From: Polyangia bacterium
GTDB taxonomy: Bacteria > Myxococcota_A > Polyangia > Fen-1088
Reading direction: 5' to 3'
Assembly: GCA_035546895.1 (NCBI GenBank)
Contig: DASZVW010000179.1
Span: forward strand, 1-33,286
DNA: 33,286 nt
In this document: positions 25,144 to 32,396 of the stretch, in pieces
Layout of the letters: each line of letters opens with the position of its first letter
How positions within the stretch are numbered: the stretch's first letter is position 1
Notes under the pieces: model-generated
Databases searched by the model: none
Seen by the model: the letters and a program-made list of their open reading frames with translations, nothing else
What the model was told of the DNA's origin: nothing
Translations under genes and position numbers: made by a program

Positions 25144-25453
25144 GAGGTCTGGTCGGCCGGGTGCGGGTCCGGAGGGTGAAGCGGCGGAGCGTGGCGGCCA
25201 GACCAGCCGGCCGCCACGCCGCCGGCACCGTCACTCGGGCTGGGGGGCCTGGTCGTCGTCCCGGGGGTCGAAGGCCCGGAGCTGGCTGGATGGTGGTGGT
25301 GGCGGGGTTTGCCGGGAGATAGTCGAAGCGGAGGTTCCAGCTTCCATCGTCGTTTTCGAAGGCCACGCCGATCGTGGTCCAGTGGTTCTTGTCGTTCCGA
25401 TCCTTGCGGACCGCCACCAACTTCTTCATCGCCTTGCCGTTCGAGGTCGTCAT
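25049..25453 (-). CDS. Small hypothetical protein; only the first ~55 codons look genuine and the 3' part appears out of frame
   Basis: ATG at 25453 gives MTTSNGKAMKKLVAVRKDRNDKNHWTTIGVAFENDDGSWNLRFDYLPANPATTTIQ, which looks like real protein. After nt ~25286 the frame turns R/P/T-rich and junk-like. The +1 frame instead reads QLRAFDPRDDDQAPQPE and stops at 25231-25233. Confidence 0.45.
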   Translation of the reverse strand: MTTSNGKAMKKLVAVRKDRNDKNHWTTIGVAFENDDGSWNLRFDYLPANPATTTIQPAPGLRPPGRRPGPPARVTVPAAWRPAGLAATLRRFTLRTRTRPTRPPTSTAPTSAAPPAPPAAALLARQGGTPPRAR

Positions 25454-25539
25454 GTTCGTTCTCCGTCTTTCGGTTGTGGTCCTGTCCGGACCGTTCACCG
25501 AAGAGCGGGGCAGCCGAGCTCCGGGAGATGGCGCGGCCG

Positions 25540-25578
25540 CTTTCTCGGAGGGGCTCCCCGCAAGGGAAACCGAGAAAG
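25540..25578. other. Perfect 9-bp inverted repeat (CTTTCTCGG ... CCGAGAAAG) with a 21-nt spacer
   Basis: The arms are at 25540-25548 and 25570-25578. They sit in the apparently non-coding stretch ~90-125 nt upstream of the small gene that starts at 25453. Confidence 0.4.
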
Positions 25579-25750
25579 CAGAGGACGGCCACCGGTAGGG
25601 GTGCTCCCGGCGCGAGCTCTGGGCTAAGCCCGCGGGGACGGTCCGACCGGGGCGGGGACGGGCTGGCGGCTGACTGGAGAAGGGTGATGGAGCCTTTCCG
25701 AAGTGCCCCCGATCTTGACCGACACGATCCCCTATTCGAAGAATCGAGCC

Positions 25751-26020
25751 CTTCGGAGAAGGTCTTGAGTTGCCGACGAACGGCGTGGTCATATCGGCAC
25801 CAGTGGTTCCCGCTCCTCCGGCAGCACCAGCGGTACCGGAGGCGCCAGACGTTCCAGCAGCTCCAGTGCTTCCCGCCGCTCCACTAGGGACGCCGGCGGC
25901 GCCGCCGCTGCCCGGGTGGCCGCCGCCACTCGCGCCAGCGCTACCCGTTCTGTTGGGAGACACGCTGCCGCAACCGAGAAGCATGAACGAAAGAAGTAAC
26001 GCGCCGGGTGTCAGCCGCAT
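25751..26020 (-). CDS. Possible lipoprotein (signal peptide, lipobox, Gly/Ala/Ser/Thr-rich linker); 3' boundary unknown, possibly a remnant
   Basis: ATG at 26020 gives MRLTPGALLLSFMLLGCGS, with lipobox LLGC, then a low-complexity G/A/S/T tract. Beyond that the frame runs on with no stop and a junk-like composition into the next gene. Confidence 0.3.
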
Positions 26021-26074
26021 GTTGGTGCGACTGTAACATCCGCACCACGCCGAATGGACCCGTGGGCGCGGCGA

Positions 26075-26473
26075 TCAGCTGATCCCGCTCGGAGGCGCAT
26101 AGGGCCTTTCGTCGAAGACCCAACGCCGTCCGCTCGGCGTGTAGATGCCACGTCCCATTTCAAGAACGATCTGGCGGTGGGCCGCAGCAGCAGCCCGCTG
26201 AGTGGCGTGACCGAAATAATCGACCTGGCGCCAGCGCGGCCACTCTTCCCCGGTTGGTTCGGAGACCCATGTCTCCCAGATCAGCGGGTCGGGGCCCCAG
26301 GGGACGCGGCCGCGTAAGTCGAGCCCGAGGAAGTAGGTCTGGACACGGAAGCGCCCGACGAAGTCTTCGTGTCTGCCGACGCCGGCTGCGCTTACCCGGG
26401 CATAGAAGCTATCCCATTTCAGGGCGTCGTGGCACGCCACCGGACAGCCGAATCGGTCGAACGTGTAGAGCAC
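26075..26473 (-). CDS. Hypothetical protein
   Basis: 132-codon ORF starting at GTG 26473. It is Trp/Phe/Tyr-rich and protein-like (LYTFDRFGCPVACHDALKWDSFYARV...PLIWETWVSEPTGEEWPRWRQVDYFGH). No family was recognised. Confidence 0.5.
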   Translation of the reverse strand: MLYTFDRFGCPVACHDALKWDSFYARVSAAGVGRHEDFVGRFRVQTYFLGLDLRGRVPWGPDPLIWETWVSEPTGEEWPRWRQVDYFGHATQRAAAAAHRQIVLEMGRGIYTPSGRRWVFDERPYAPPSGIS

Positions 26474-26545
26474 GTGAACACAGTAGCACCTGCGTAAGAG
26501 TCTCGGGGACTTGGCGGGCGGGACACAGGGGGGTTACTGTTCGGA

Positions 26546-27577
26546 GTGCCTTTGACTCCCTGGCCAATCGTTGCTCTCCTGGCGGTCTCCGCACCCGATG
26601 ACCTTGGGCCCGACGTTCGCGAGCAGTGCGCCGGCCAAATCGAATCGGTGAACGCTGCAAAGGCTCGCACAGATCTCCTCGAGGAAGAGCGCGCCGCGCT
26701 CGTCGACCAAACCAGCCGCCAACTCGATAATTGCGTGCAGGTGGCGCGTCTGAGAAACCAAAGCGAGGCCTATCGGGCCTCGCACCGAAAATGCCCCTGC
26801 ACGGAGGGCGACGTGACGTGGACCGACGAGGACGCAGCGGTCTGTGGCGTCGATATCCAGATCTACTACCAGACACGCCACCTGTACGATTCCAGGAGAA
26901 TCCCAGAAACCGATCCGAATCGTCAGAAGGGCATGGCCGATTACCTCGGCCGCCTCCGCTCCTGCGTGCTGGCCGCGCACGCCCGATCGGCGCAAAAACA
27001 AGCGTTGGCAGACCTCGACTCGCGCGGCCGCCAGGCGATTGCGGACGGCAAAGTGAGCCCCTGCTACAGGCGAGAGATGGGTGATCGGTGGGCTGGCCTC
27101 TTCGTCGTGAACGGCCCCGAGGCACCCCGGTTCCTCACCCCGGCGGAAAAATATTATTGGAAATCGACGATTCCCCGAGCAGTTGAAGAGTGCCGTGCCG
27201 CTAACCTCGCCGACCAGTTTCGGAACGATCCCGATGTCGTGCAGGTAGTCGCCTCCGGCAACCTGTGTGACGCCCGCAGCAAACGAGCGGATGCCGAGCG
27301 CGAGATTTCGAGCGAAAAGCGCTATTCGAAGCGCGCCGGCGTCGTGAACCTGAGCAAGCTCGAATCCCTCAAGGACGACCTCAAAGAACAGGACGGGCGT
27401 ATTTCCAGGGCCACAGCCAAGCTCAACGGCGTCAACCGGAAGCCACTGCAGTGCTCCGACGCGCGGTTGAAGACGATGCAGGCGTGCTACTCCGCGAATG
27501 GCGACGGGGAGCTCCCCGTCGCATGCAGCGCCGACGCGGTGCAGGCGGAGGTGACTTTGTTCGGCGAGGACGACTAG
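26546..27577 (+). CDS. Hypothetical, probably secreted, coiled-coil protein with conserved-looking Cys pairs
   Basis: Third codon positions are strongly G/C in this frame and the composition is diverse (K/E/D/Y/Q). The minus-strand ORF of similar length is G/A/V/L/R-rich, as expected for a shadow ORF. The start is uncertain: GTG 26546 or TTG 26552. Confidence 0.7.
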   Translation: MPLTPWPIVALLAVSAPDDLGPDVREQCAGQIESVNAAKARTDLLEEERAALVDQTSRQLDNCVQVARLRNQSEAYRASHRKCPCTEGDVTWTDEDAAVCGVDIQIYYQTRHLYDSRRIPETDPNRQKGMADYLGRLRSCVLAAHARSAQKQALADLDSRGRQAIADGKVSPCYRREMGDRWAGLFVVNGPEAPRFLTPAEKYYWKSTIPRAVEECRAANLADQFRNDPDVVQVVASGNLCDARSKRADAEREISSEKRYSKRAGVVNLSKLESLKDDLKEQDGRISRATAKLNGVNRKPLQCSDARLKTMQACYSANGDGELPVACSADAVQAEVTLFGEDD

Positions 27578-27578
27578 G

Positions 27579-28070
27579 GTGTTCGTCAAAGGTGATGAGG
27601 GCGCAGTTCCGGTTCGGAGTCTCTATTCCACGCGGGCTTTCCTGATCCACGTGTGTCTTCCCATCGCCTGTGGCGCCGCGATCTACATAGGTTGGCGGTC
27701 TCCTCATCTCGTGATTCAGGTTGTGCTCCGAGGGCTTGGTCTGGGCAATGCCGTTGCCGCCGCGCGCGCTCACGCACGGGGTGTTCGAGTGCCCCCATTT
27801 GTGAAATTCAGCGTTCCGGATGCCCTTTGGTGCTATGCGCTGGTCGCTCACTTGGGACGCTTGTGGAGAGGGACGCCCTCAGCCCTGGTCTGGGCGGCGG
27901 TCGCGGTGCTCGCCGCCTTCGCGAGCGAGCTTGGGCAGCTCGTTGGCATAGTCCCGGGTACGTTCGACGGTGAAGACTTGGCTGCCGTGGCTTTCGCGTG
28001 TGCCCTTGCTCTGCTGTTTCTGTTTCCCCCTTGGAGGATGCCCAGATGGATCGTACGCGCAGTTTCTTGA
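27579..28070 (+). CDS. Hypothetical integral membrane protein (about 4 TM segments, VanZ-like appearance)
   Basis: GTG at 27579 lies 1 nt after the upstream stop. Hydrophobic segments are AFLIHVCLPIACGAAIYIGW, ALWCYALVAHLG, ALVWAAVAVLAAFASELGQLVGIV and DLAAVAFACALALLFLF. Confidence 0.55.
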   Translation: MFVKGDEGAVPVRSLYSTRAFLIHVCLPIACGAAIYIGWRSPHLVIQVVLRGLGLGNAVAAARAHARGVRVPPFVKFSVPDALWCYALVAHLGRLWRGTPSALVWAAVAVLAAFASELGQLVGIVPGTFDGEDLAAVAFACALALLFLFPPWRMPRWIVRAVS

Positions 28071-28675
28071 CCGTTCTGTCAATCGGAGTGTTCGCGTTCC
28101 TCGCGGCCGCGACAGGAGAGAATTCCAGCGGGAGCGGTTCGTCATCCGCTCCGAAGGCTACGTCTCACGAGACCAGTGCCCCTGCGGCTGCGCCCGTGCC
28201 CATGCCACCGCAGGAGCAAGCATTCTGCGAGGCGGTGCAACAAGGGAGCCACTCCTATGAAGCGATGGAGGGCGAAGGGGCGAATCCAATGAAGCTATCG
28301 AAGCTGAAGACGGCGCGGGGTGCCGCCTTGAAGGAGGCAGTGCCGACAAGAGCGGCGAAGGATTGGGTCGGAACGATCTCGGGTATCGAAACGAATAGCG
28401 ATGGGCTCGGTGTCCTCTCGGTGAAGCTCCCGTGCGGCGCAGAGGTAAAAACCTGGAACAACGGCCTATCCGATACGGGTGACGGGACATTGATTCCGCA
28501 AACGTCAGCGCTGTACGAAACGCTGTCGGAGCTGAAGGAAGGCGCCTCCGTTCAGTTTTCGGGGAAATTCTTTCCGGACAGGGCCAACGGCTTCAAGGAG
28601 TCGAGCCTGACCGAGGCCGGTGGAATGAAGGAGCCTGAGTTCATCATGAAGTTCTCGGCAGCTACCAGACGGTGA
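28046..28675 (+). CDS. Hypothetical secreted protein
   Basis: I trimmed the ORF to ATG 28046, which follows GGAGGA at 28033-28038. The signal-like N-terminus is MDRTRSFLTVLSIGVFAFLAAATG, followed by a Ser/Ala/Pro linker and a globular-looking C-terminus. It overlaps the end of the upstream gene by 25 nt. Confidence 0.7.
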   Translation: MDRTRSFLTVLSIGVFAFLAAATGENSSGSGSSSAPKATSHETSAPAAAPVPMPPQEQAFCEAVQQGSHSYEAMEGEGANPMKLSKLKTARGAALKEAVPTRAAKDWVGTISGIETNSDGLGVLSVKLPCGAEVKTWNNGLSDTGDGTLIPQTSALYETLSELKEGASVQFSGKFFPDRANGFKESSLTEAGGMKEPEFIMKFSAATRR

Positions 28676-28765
28676 GCCCTTGTGAGGAGTTGATGCTTGC
28701 GAAGGAAGAAGGCTGGGCACCTTCCCATCGAGTGGGATGGCGAGCCCCTCGACCAGAGACCCCGC

Positions 28766-28954
28766 CTAGGCGCTGAGGATGAACTTGATGGTCACCAGGC
28801 CGGCTCCGGCGAGACGGGTCCAAGGGGCGTAGCCCGCCTGGCGCATGCTCGCCTTGAGGGCTGCCTCGTCAGCCGCTGGAACAGTCTCGACTCGGATGAC
28901 GGGTCTGGTGTCGACGGGGGTGGCGTACTGGCGTTGGGATCTTCTTCTGGGCAT
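28766..28954 (-). CDS. Small hypothetical protein (62 aa)
   Basis: ATG at 28954. Third codon positions are strongly G/C and the composition is plausible (VIRVETVPAADEAALKASMRQAGYAPWTRLAGAGLVTIKFIL). No family was recognised. Confidence 0.4.
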   Translation of the reverse strand: MPRRRSQRQYATPVDTRPVIRVETVPAADEAALKASMRQAGYAPWTRLAGAGLVTIKFILSA

Positions 28955-29322
28955 GAAGAGAAGATTGTGAGGCTCGATGAAGACGTCGCCGCCGGCCGCG
29001 CCGGCGGCAGGGGCCGCTCGCGGTCGCTGCCCACCCGGAGGTGGAGCTAGTCGGCTAGTGAAGTGGGGTCATCTAGAGAAGGTTGCTGCTCGCGCGCGAC
29101 AAATCGGCGGGAATGGAGCGAATGGGCCGGACCGTGCGAATCGTAAACTACTGTAATTATTCAGGGAAATGTCCGATAACGCGTGTCCTGTCAACTGACG
29201 TTCACCCCGAAGTAGTTCTCGCGCGGTGGGGGTCGCGCCTCGAAGTAGCAGGCGCGCCAGGGGCGGGCCGCTCGCGGCCGCGGCGGGGTCGGTAGCTCGG
29301 CCAAGCGCCATCGCACGCAACG

Positions 29323-29715
29323 ATGGCAATGGGACTCAGTCCTATTGACATTGGTCGCGCCCGGGGTCATCCTTGGGCAGTGAAGGCCAAGACTCCGCAC
29401 TGGCCGCTCGAGCGGCTCAAAGCGCTGATCTCGGCCGGGGAGATTCACATCCACGAAAGCGTCTACAAGAACTTCAGCACCCGTGGCGAAGCGCGGCGGT
29501 CGGTGATCGAGGTCTGCATGTCGATCACGACGCGCGAGTTCGCGGAGACGTTGGACATGACCTGGGACAAGGCCGACGTGTACGGCGTCCAGTTCCTCGG
29601 GGGTGGGTGGTATTTGAAGGTCGCCATCGACGAGGTGCCCCCCGAGGCGATGTGCATCTCATTCCATCCCTTGAAGTACCCCTTGAGGACCAACCGCGGC
29701 GAGGTGAAACCATGA
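29323..29715 (+). CDS. mqsR: MqsR-family toxin (mRNA interferase); the true start may be GTG 29380
   Basis: KTPHWPLERLKALISAGEIHI...REFAETL...DVYGVQFLGGGWYLKVAIDE...MCISFHP aligns along its whole length with E. coli MqsR (KRTPHTRLSQVKKLVNAGQVRT...SDFYKSM...DVYRPRLVTGQVYLKITVIHD..LIVSFKEK). The stop overlaps the next ATG as ATGA. Confidence 0.8.
   Translation: MAMGLSPIDIGRARGHPWAVKAKTPHWPLERLKALISAGEIHIHESVYKNFSTRGEARRSVIEVCMSITTREFAETLDMTWDKADVYGVQFLGGGWYLKVAIDEVPPEAMCISFHPLKYPLRTNRGEVKP
29345..29373 (+). promoter_or_regulatory. Candidate promoter (TTGACA-17 nt-CATCCT), 6 nt before the in-frame GTG at 29380
   Basis: A perfect -35 hexamer lies at 29345-29350 and a weak -10 at 29368-29373. 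The GTG at 29380 would give MKAKTPHWPL, which aligns with the E. coli MqsR N-terminus MEKRTPHTRL. Confidence 0.3.
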
Positions 29716-30164
29716 CCAGCGAGAAGTTGCGAAAGTGCTTCGAGTGCGGCGCGCGCGCGGTCCGACCGGTAGCCAAGCCGGGGCGGATGACCAAGTACCG
29801 GTCGATGGAACTGGAGATTCCCGCGACGGTGGAAATTCCAACGTGCACGGAGTGCAACACGCAGTGGTCCGACAGCAAGACGGACGCGGCGCTGGATGAA
29901 GCGCTGGAAGGGCTCTACCAGAAGCGTTTGAAAGAGCGCTTGAACACTTATCTCGACACAATCCTCCGAGAGGGCATCACTCAGGCCGTGCTCGAGCGAT
30001 CACTTGGTGTATCGGTGGGCTACATCTCGAAGCTGAAACGGGAGGAGCGAAACCCCGGGAGCGAGCTCGTGGTGGCGCTCGGGTTGCTGGCGACGAACCC
30101 AGGAGAGATGATCGAGAAGGCGGCGGACGTGTTCGCCGCAAAGAAGGAGCGCCGACATGGATAG
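29712..30164 (+). CDS. mqsA: MqsA-family antitoxin (N-terminal zinc-binding domain plus XRE-type HTH)
   Basis: ATG at 29712. It has CFECG...CTEC zinc ligands, then an HTH (ITQAVLERSLGVSVGYISKLKREERNPGSELVVALGLLATNP). The toxin-first gene order is characteristic of mqsRA. Confidence 0.85.
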   Translation: MTSEKLRKCFECGARAVRPVAKPGRMTKYRSMELEIPATVEIPTCTECNTQWSDSKTDAALDEALEGLYQKRLKERLNTYLDTILREGITQAVLERSLGVSVGYISKLKREERNPGSELVVALGLLATNPGEMIEKAADVFAAKKERRHG

Positions 30165-31257
30165 CGGTGGACCATCAGGACCGACGGGACCCGTCGAGCG
30201 GGAGCAGACGCCGGTTGTCGTGAGTCTGTATCCCACGACGGCGCCGCCGTTCTGGGCGCCGGCCGACCGGGCGAGAGGTGGGTTCACGCTTGCGGATGTC
30301 CAAGAGTGGGCCGAGCAGCGAGCTGCAGCCGCTCGCGCGCGGCCAGGTGCCCAACCGGGGCGCGGTGACAGTGGCGGTGGAGCTGACGGGCCCGGGGATG
30401 CCAAGGACGGCCGCCAGCCTGTCCATTATCGGGTGGAGCTCAGCGACGAACTTCATCTTGGCGAAGAGCTGGCCGTCTCGGTCCGAAGCCCAGCAGGTCC
30501 GCCGACGAGCGGCACGCCGCCGGAACTCCCGCCCCCGCCACCCTTCCCCTCTCCTCCCCCTGACCGGGGGCCTCGCCGGGGCGCAGCTCTGTCGAGAAAC
30601 AAAGGGCTGATCTGGGATGAGGCCCCCGATGCCTTGGCGAGAGGCATTGCGGGATTTCTCCGTGCGGGGTTCACCACGGGCGAGATGCCGGTGCAGCAAA
30701 GCAACGGCCTGTGGTTCGCCTGGCTCGATGCGCCGGCCGGGATCGATGCACGCAATCTGCAGTGGCTTCTTGCGCCCTGGCAAACCGACACCCGTGGAGC
30801 GGGCGGTGGCCAGGTAACGGGTGGAAGGGCTACGAGCAGCTCGTCGGGGGAAGACCTAGTCATCGACCCGATCCGAGCCGACGGCTCATTGGGAGGGGAA
30901 TTTGGGCCGATCGTCGAAGACGAGGCACCTCCCCCTTCTCCGGTCGCGGTCGCCGGGGTCGAGGGCATCACGGCGACGGGGGCCGTGGGACCGTCGGTCA
31001 CGGTGCCGCTTTCCGGCGTGACCGCCGCGGCCGAGGTGGGGGTGCTGAGGCCGTTGCCGCTTCCGATGGCGCCCGGCTTGTCGCACATGGCTTGTGCCGG
31101 TTGCGAGACACCGATGCTGCCGGCAGATGCAGTCTGTCGCCATTGCGTAGATTTACTGATCGCCGAGACGTTGATGCGCGTGCGGGAGCAGTTCACTGCC
31201 GAGGCATTTGCCGAGGTCGCGAAGATGCTGAGTGGCTCCCTCGGCAAGGCGAACTAG
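30157..31257 (+). CDS. Hypothetical Pro-rich protein with a C-terminal CxxC...CxxC motif, translationally coupled to mqsA
   Basis: ATG at 30157 overlaps the mqsA stop (ATGGATAG). The codon usage looks coding. The motif CAGCETPMLPADAVCRHC lies near the C-terminus. No family was recognised. Confidence 0.6.
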   Translation: MDSGGPSGPTGPVEREQTPVVVSLYPTTAPPFWAPADRARGGFTLADVQEWAEQRAAAARARPGAQPGRGDSGGGADGPGDAKDGRQPVHYRVELSDELHLGEELAVSVRSPAGPPTSGTPPELPPPPPFPSPPPDRGPRRGAALSRNKGLIWDEAPDALARGIAGFLRAGFTTGEMPVQQSNGLWFAWLDAPAGIDARNLQWLLAPWQTDTRGAGGGQVTGGRATSSSSGEDLVIDPIRADGSLGGEFGPIVEDEAPPPSPVAVAGVEGITATGAVGPSVTVPLSGVTAAAEVGVLRPLPLPMAPGLSHMACAGCETPMLPADAVCRHCVDLLIAETLMRVREQFTAEAFAEVAKMLSGSLGKAN

Positions 31258-31264
31258 GAGCCCG

Positions 31265-31292
31265 CCGGCGGCGAAGGCGACGCGGCCGCCGG
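31265..31292 (+). terminator. GC-rich hairpin 8 nt after the stop codon (no U-tract)
   Basis: CCGGCGGC at 31265-31272 pairs with GCCGCCGG at 31285-31292 across a 12-nt loop. No T-run follows, so function as an intrinsic terminator is uncertain. Confidence 0.25.
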
Positions 31293-31416
31293 TGATCAGC
31301 GCTCTCCTCGGCACGTCGGATGTGTCGCCAGACTATCCTGCGGGGCGATGTGGAGAGCCTGTGCGTCTGGACGGGCGCATGCCTGTGGCGGTAGATCCCT
31401 CCTCCGGGGGCAAGCG

Positions 31417-32322
31417 ATGGCGTCTTATGCTCGCGAAGCGATTGTCCGGCTTCTCCAGGAAATGCAGGGTGAAGTACTCCGGGTGACCCGCCGCCCGCCC
31501 ACGCGCCGGTCTCAGTACGGTTCTCAGCACACTGCGGAGGTAAAAAGCCTCGCCCGCGTCCAAGCAGCCATCGTTTTCGCAAAGCTGCTGGCCGCGCGCG
31601 CGGGCGATGCCCTGCTCATCGGGCACGCAGAATTCCTCGGCCTGCAGATCGAGGAGGCAGAGGCACAGCTCTACGCCCTGCCCGACGCGGCCCCAGGAAT
31701 TGCGATCGCCGCAGCGGCGACCGAGGAGCCGTCGCCGAAGGGGCGGAATGTCATGTACTCATCGGACGACTTCACGGCCGTTCTGATAGGCCTTGGGCGG
31801 TACCGCAAAAGCTATCGGTACCCAAAGGCTGTTCCGGGTCTGGGACCTGATTGGATCGTCGACGCCGCTGCCTTCGTGAAGCGCCTCGCCAGCGCGGTCC
31901 CAGACGTGGAGCTCGTCGGACAGGCAGAGATGATCGTCATCGACGATGAGCGCAGTCGGCGCGAAGAACAACTCGAGGCTGAACGCGCGGAGGAGGAGGA
32001 GCAGCGCGAGTATGAGGAGCGCGAGGCGGCCAAGTGGGACACGTACGAGCACGTGACGGAAAACCAAATCGGTTTGCGATTGAGCCCACAGGCGGACCGG
32101 GGCGACGTCAAAGACCTTCTCGAGATGGCCGGACTACTGGTCAAGGACGGCCGCCGCCTGGTACTTACCGAAGCAGGAATGGTCCACGCGAATCCCAGGA
32201 CCGCGAAGCTGGGCGATACGCCGAAGTTTCCAGGGTGGTCGAAGTCCGTGTTGCCGATCCTGCAGGCGACTTTAGAGAAGTCTCTCGCGGAGCAACACCA
32301 GCGTCCTCTCGGGGCGAGGTAG
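31417..32322 (+). CDS. Hypothetical protein with an acidic coiled-coil segment
   Basis: I trimmed the ORF to ATG 31417 (MASYAREAIVRLLQEMQGE). It contains EEQLEAERAEEEEQREYEEREAAKWD. No family was recognised. Confidence 0.6.
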   Translation: MASYAREAIVRLLQEMQGEVLRVTRRPPTRRSQYGSQHTAEVKSLARVQAAIVFAKLLAARAGDALLIGHAEFLGLQIEEAEAQLYALPDAAPGIAIAAAATEEPSPKGRNVMYSSDDFTAVLIGLGRYRKSYRYPKAVPGLGPDWIVDAAAFVKRLASAVPDVELVGQAEMIVIDDERSRREEQLEAERAEEEEQREYEEREAAKWDTYEHVTENQIGLRLSPQADRGDVKDLLEMAGLLVKDGRRLVLTEAGMVHANPRTAKLGDTPKFPGWSKSVLPILQATLEKSLAEQHQRPLGAR

Positions 32323-32396
32323 GAGCGCCGAATACCAACTCTCGTACCGCCGCGTCGCAAGCCTCAGCCTCTTCCCTAACTCCATCCCGGACGAGC

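Noticed and set aside
25049-26020. Single 323-aa ORF joining the lipoprotein signal peptide to the small protein
   Set aside because: The middle ~110 codons read as junk (SPFSSQPPARPRPGRTVPAGLAQSSRREHPYRW...). I read it as two separate units sharing a frame only because stop codons are rare at this GC content.
26534-27589. 351-aa minus-strand ORF mirroring the 26546-27577 plus ORF
   Set aside because: The plus frame has strongly G/C third positions and a diverse, charged composition. The minus translation is G/A/V/L/R-rich, so I chose the plus strand.
29069-29329. ORFs 29069-29329(-) and 29083-29295(+) in the gap before mqsR, including the AT-rich patch around 29140-29175
   Set aside because: Both translations are low-complexity with no start context. 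The AT-rich patch is more likely regulatory, but I could not define a convincing promoter or MqsA-type palindrome there.
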